From an uncultured Planctomycetota bacterium (GTDB lineage Bacteria > Planctomycetota > Phycisphaerae > Tepidisphaerales > Tepidisphaeraceae), in the NCBI GenBank assembly GCA_963841915.1, contig CAWJEN010000006.1, positions 416,001 through 480,000 on the forward strand: DNA of 64,000 nt, written 5' to 3'. The notes under the pieces are model-generated. The model saw nothing but the letters and a program-made list of their open reading frames with translations, was not told the origin of the DNA and ran no database searches. Of this stretch, positions 61,103-64,000 are shown in pieces; positions within the stretch are counted from its first letter, which is position 1, and each line of letters opens with the position of its first letter. The translations under genes and the position numbers were made by a program.

Positions 61103-63640
61103 ATGAACTTCAAGACTCACATCATCCTCGCCGCCGCCGTCGCTGCAACGGTCGGCGTTACGTTGCCGGTCGTGCCGGCGTTCGGCGAAGCAACAGCCGA
61201 GAAAACCGACAACGGTTACCAGGTCGTTTTCAGGCTCGACGCCAGCGGCTGGGACGACAAGCCCAGCAGCGTGAACGTTGCCGGCGACTTCAACGGCTGG
61301 AACAGCGGCGCCGACGCGATGACGGACCTCAACAGCGACAACATCTGGGAGTTGACGATGCCGATGTCGCCGGGGCAGTATGGGTACAAGTTCGTGATCG
61401 ACGGCGACCGGTGGATGACCGACCCGACGGACGACGCCGAGCTACGCGAGGGTGACAACTACGGCGGCGAGAACAGCGGCGTGATCGTGGGGCCAGACAT
61501 CCGTAAGGCTCCGCCGCCGGAGGAGGGGACAATCAATGATGAATTCGTTCGGCACGAGCCGGTTTCGGATGTCGTCCCGATCGACAACGATCGAATCCGC
61601 GTGCGCGTGAGTGCGTTGGAAGGCGACGTGAAAGAAGCTGTCGCAGGCGTCTATGTGGGTGAAGGAAACGAGGGCGCGCACGCCTTCCCGATGCGGAAGG
61701 TCGCTACCGCTGGCGGGTATGACGTCTTCGAAGCCGTCGTGATGGCCGATGGTCGGGACGAGATCCGTTACGCCATCTCAGCAAGCGATGGCAGCGCTCG
61801 CGTCATCATCGATGAAGACGGTGTGCGCGACCGTTCGGGTCAAGGCACTGGCGATGTCAATCCGTTTGTCGTTGCAGCCCCGAGCTTCGACGTCCCCGAG
61901 TGGGCCGCCGACGCCGTCTGGTACCAGATCTTCCCCGAGCGCTTCCGCAACGGCGACACGTCCAACGACCCCGGCCAGTTCGACTACGAGCTGCTCGTCG
62001 GCTGGACCACCAACTGGTGGGACGTGCTCGAAGGCGAAACGCCGCCCGACAGCATGAGCGACAACTTCTACAACGGCACCGGCGACGTCTGGGACCGGCG
62101 CTACGGCGGCGACCTGCAGGGCGTCCGTGAGAAGCTGCCGTATCTGAAGGAACTCGGCATCAACGCCATCTACTTCAACCCGATCTTTGAGGGCGAGTCG
62201 ATGCACAAGTACGACACCGCCGACTTCCGGCATATCGATGACAACTTTGGCGTGCTCGACGAGAGCGGCGTCTATCCGCCGAACTTCGAGGGTGAGACGG
62301 CCGACCCCGACACCTGGGTCTGGTCGCCCAGCGACAAGGTCTTCCTCGACTTCATCGAAGAAGCGCACAGCCAAGGCTTCAAAGTCGTCATCGACGGCGT
62401 CTTCAACCACGTCGGCACCGCTCACCCGTTCTTCCAGGACGTGCTCGAGAACGGCCAAGACAGCGAGTTTGCCGACTGGTTCGAGATCACCGACTGGGGC
62501 GACGGCACGCCGGAGAGCATTCAGTACCTCGCATGGGACAAGCCCAACGGTGCGTTGCCAGTCTTCAAGAAGGACGCCAAACTCGGCCTCGCCGAGGGAC
62601 CACGGCAGCACATCTTCGACATCACGAAGCGCTGGCTCGACCCCGACGGCGACCCGACGACGCGCGACGGCATCGACGGCTGGCGTCTCGATGTGCCCGG
62701 TGACATTCCGCACCCGTTCTGGGTCGAGTGGCGCAAGGTCGTCAAGGAAGCGAATCCCGACGCCTACATCACCGGCGAGATCTGGCAGTGGGCCGACGCC
62801 TGGCTCAAGGGCGACCAATTTGATGCTGTCATGAACTACCAGTTCGCGATGGCGACGCAGGACTTCCTGATCGACCAGTCGACGGCCAACACGCCGAGCG
62901 AATTCCTGGGCCGACTCGAAGAGCTGTACACGCGATACCCGGTGCCGGTCACGTACGCGATGCAGAACCTGATGAGTTCGCACGACACGGACCGCCTCGC
63001 GAGCATGTTCGTCAACCCCGATCGGCCATATGACGGAGCCAACCGGCCACAGGACAATGCCGTCAGCTTCAGCGGGCCGATGTACAGCGAGCGCAAGCCC
63101 GACGAGATCGAGCGTGAGAAAATGCGGCAACTCGTCTTCTTTCAGCACAGTTTCGTCGGTGCACCGATGACCTACTACGGCGACGAGGCCGGCATGTGGG
63201 GCCCGGACGATCCGAGCAACCGCATGCCGCTGCCGTGGCCCGATCAGGGTGAGTACCAGGGCAGCAGCGACGGCTTCGACGAGGCGACTTTCGACATGTA
63301 CCGCCACGCGATTGCGATGCGGAACACGCTGCCCGTGCTGCGGACCGGCGACTTCGAGCCGGTCATGGCCGACGACGCGACCGGCATCGTCGCGTTCAAG
63401 CGAACAGGCGAGGACGGCAGTGTCGCATACGTCGTGCTGAACAAAGGCGACGCGGCCGAGGCGACGCTCGAGCTGGTGGCGGGCGAATACGTGGACGTGT
63501 CTGACCCGGCCAACGTGGAACTGGTCGACGGCGAGGACGGCCGCCCGCGGCTGAAGGTCATGGGCGAGTCGATCCGCGCCGATGGCCGGTTGACGCTCAA
63601 CCTACCCGCCAACGGTGTGGCCGTGCTCGTTCATCGGTAA
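61103..63640 (+). CDS. Exported GH13 cyclomaltodextrinase/neopullulanase-like enzyme with N-terminal CBM48-like domain
   Basis: Signal peptide; VNVAGDFNGW...YKFVIDG; YQIFPERF, GGDLQG, DGVFNH, GWRLDV, GEIW, SHD; SD GGAGG. Confidence 0.92.
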   Translation: MNFKTHIILAAAVAATVGVTLPVVPAFGEATAEKTDNGYQVVFRLDASGWDDKPSSVNVAGDFNGWNSGADAMTDLNSDNIWELTMPMSPGQYGYKFVIDGDRWMTDPTDDAELREGDNYGGENSGVIVGPDIRKAPPPEEGTINDEFVRHEPVSDVVPIDNDRIRVRVSALEGDVKEAVAGVYVGEGNEGAHAFPMRKVATAGGYDVFEAVVMADGRDEIRYAISASDGSARVIIDEDGVRDRSGQGTGDVNPFVVAAPSFDVPEWAADAVWYQIFPERFRNGDTSNDPGQFDYELLVGWTTNWWDVLEGETPPDSMSDNFYNGTGDVWDRRYGGDLQGVREKLPYLKELGINAIYFNPIFEGESMHKYDTADFRHIDDNFGVLDESGVYPPNFEGETADPDTWVWSPSDKVFLDFIEEAHSQGFKVVIDGVFNHVGTAHPFFQDVLENGQDSEFADWFEITDWGDGTPESIQYLAWDKPNGALPVFKKDAKLGLAEGPRQHIFDITKRWLDPDGDPTTRDGIDGWRLDVPGDIPHPFWVEWRKVVKEANPDAYITGEIWQWADAWLKGDQFDAVMNYQFAMATQDFLIDQSTANTPSEFLGRLEELYTRYPVPVTYAMQNLMSSHDTDRLASMFVNPDRPYDGANRPQDNAVSFSGPMYSERKPDEIEREKMRQLVFFQHSFVGAPMTYYGDEAGMWGPDDPSNRMPLPWPDQGEYQGSSDGFDEATFDMYRHAIAMRNTLPVLRTGDFEPVMADDATGIVAFKRTGEDGSVAYVVLNKGDAAEATLELVAGEYVDVSDPANVELVDGEDGRPRLKVMGESIRADGRLTLNLPANGVAVLVHR

Positions 63641-63661
63641 AGGCGCAACGGGTACAAGCTT

Positions 63662-63700
63662 CCAAAGCCGCGGTTTGTTGGACCGCGGCTTTGGGTTTGG
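63662..63700 (+). terminator. Terminator after the GH13 gene
   Basis: CCAAAGCCGCGGT-loop-ACCGCGGCTTTGG then GTTT. Confidence 0.7.
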
Positions 63701-63758
63701 GATTGACTAACCACCTTACCTCGTGCGGCAACGGCCCCCGGCTTCTACACTGCGCGTC

Positions 63759-63905
63759 ATGGCCCTGAATCACCCGACGAGCACGAGTCGACAGAACAAG
63801 CAACGCAAGCGACGGGCCGGCATGATCGGTAAACGCTCCGGCTGTTTCGGCAAGTCGGCGGCCTTCTTGCTGCTCATCGCTGTCGCGGTCGTCGTCGCCA
63901 TGTGA
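63759..63905 (+). CDS. Small basic protein with C-terminal TM helix (48 aa)
   Basis: TACACT box 7 nt before ATG; KQRKRR stretch then AAFLLLIAVAVVVAM. Confidence 0.45.
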   Translation: MALNHPTSTSRQNKQRKRRAGMIGKRSGCFGKSAAFLLLIAVAVVVAM

Positions 63906-64000
63906 CGATCGCGAAGAGCAGCGTTGCAACGATGACGTGCGCAGCCGTCGCCGGCCAGGCCGAGTCGGGTAGGGCGTAGGCAAGGTCGCTGCCGAGTGGC

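Overview
High-GC (about 65%) bacterial chromosome segment, almost certainly from a planctomycete of the Phycisphaerae/Tepidisphaerales type. The evidence is LExRRLL 'planctomycete extracellular' leaders, dockerin + PEP-CTERM proteins, a DUF1559/H-X9-DG-type prepilin and an alpha2-type GlyRS. It is mostly housekeeping (glyQS, rpsT, trpS, alaS, atpD, aroC, ispD, apt, chdC/hemQ-like, fpr, yciH), with envelope-glycan enzymes, TPR proteins, K+ channels, a Zrg-like ABC module and a hybrid histidine kinase. No rRNA, tRNA, CRISPR array, integrase or transposase was seen. Most notable: (1) a LacI-linked alpha-glucan locus built from PEP-CTERM/dockerin proteins, two GH13 enzymes and a pilin-like protein, with no SusC/D or ABC transporter; (2) a near-invariant dockerin signature shared by four exported proteins using two different export grammars; (3) a low-GC, frame-scrambled segment centred on the insertion domain of the essential GlyRS, whose indels look like fused alleles; (4) a cluster of parS palindromes without parAB; (5) a candidate ~105-nt sRNA with a near-consensus sigma70 promoter and terminator between aroC and an orphan atpD; (6) pervasive TAnnnT boxes 5-10 nt before start codons, suggesting leaderless mRNAs. 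All calls come from motif recognition by eye. No database searches were run, and start codons were chosen manually.
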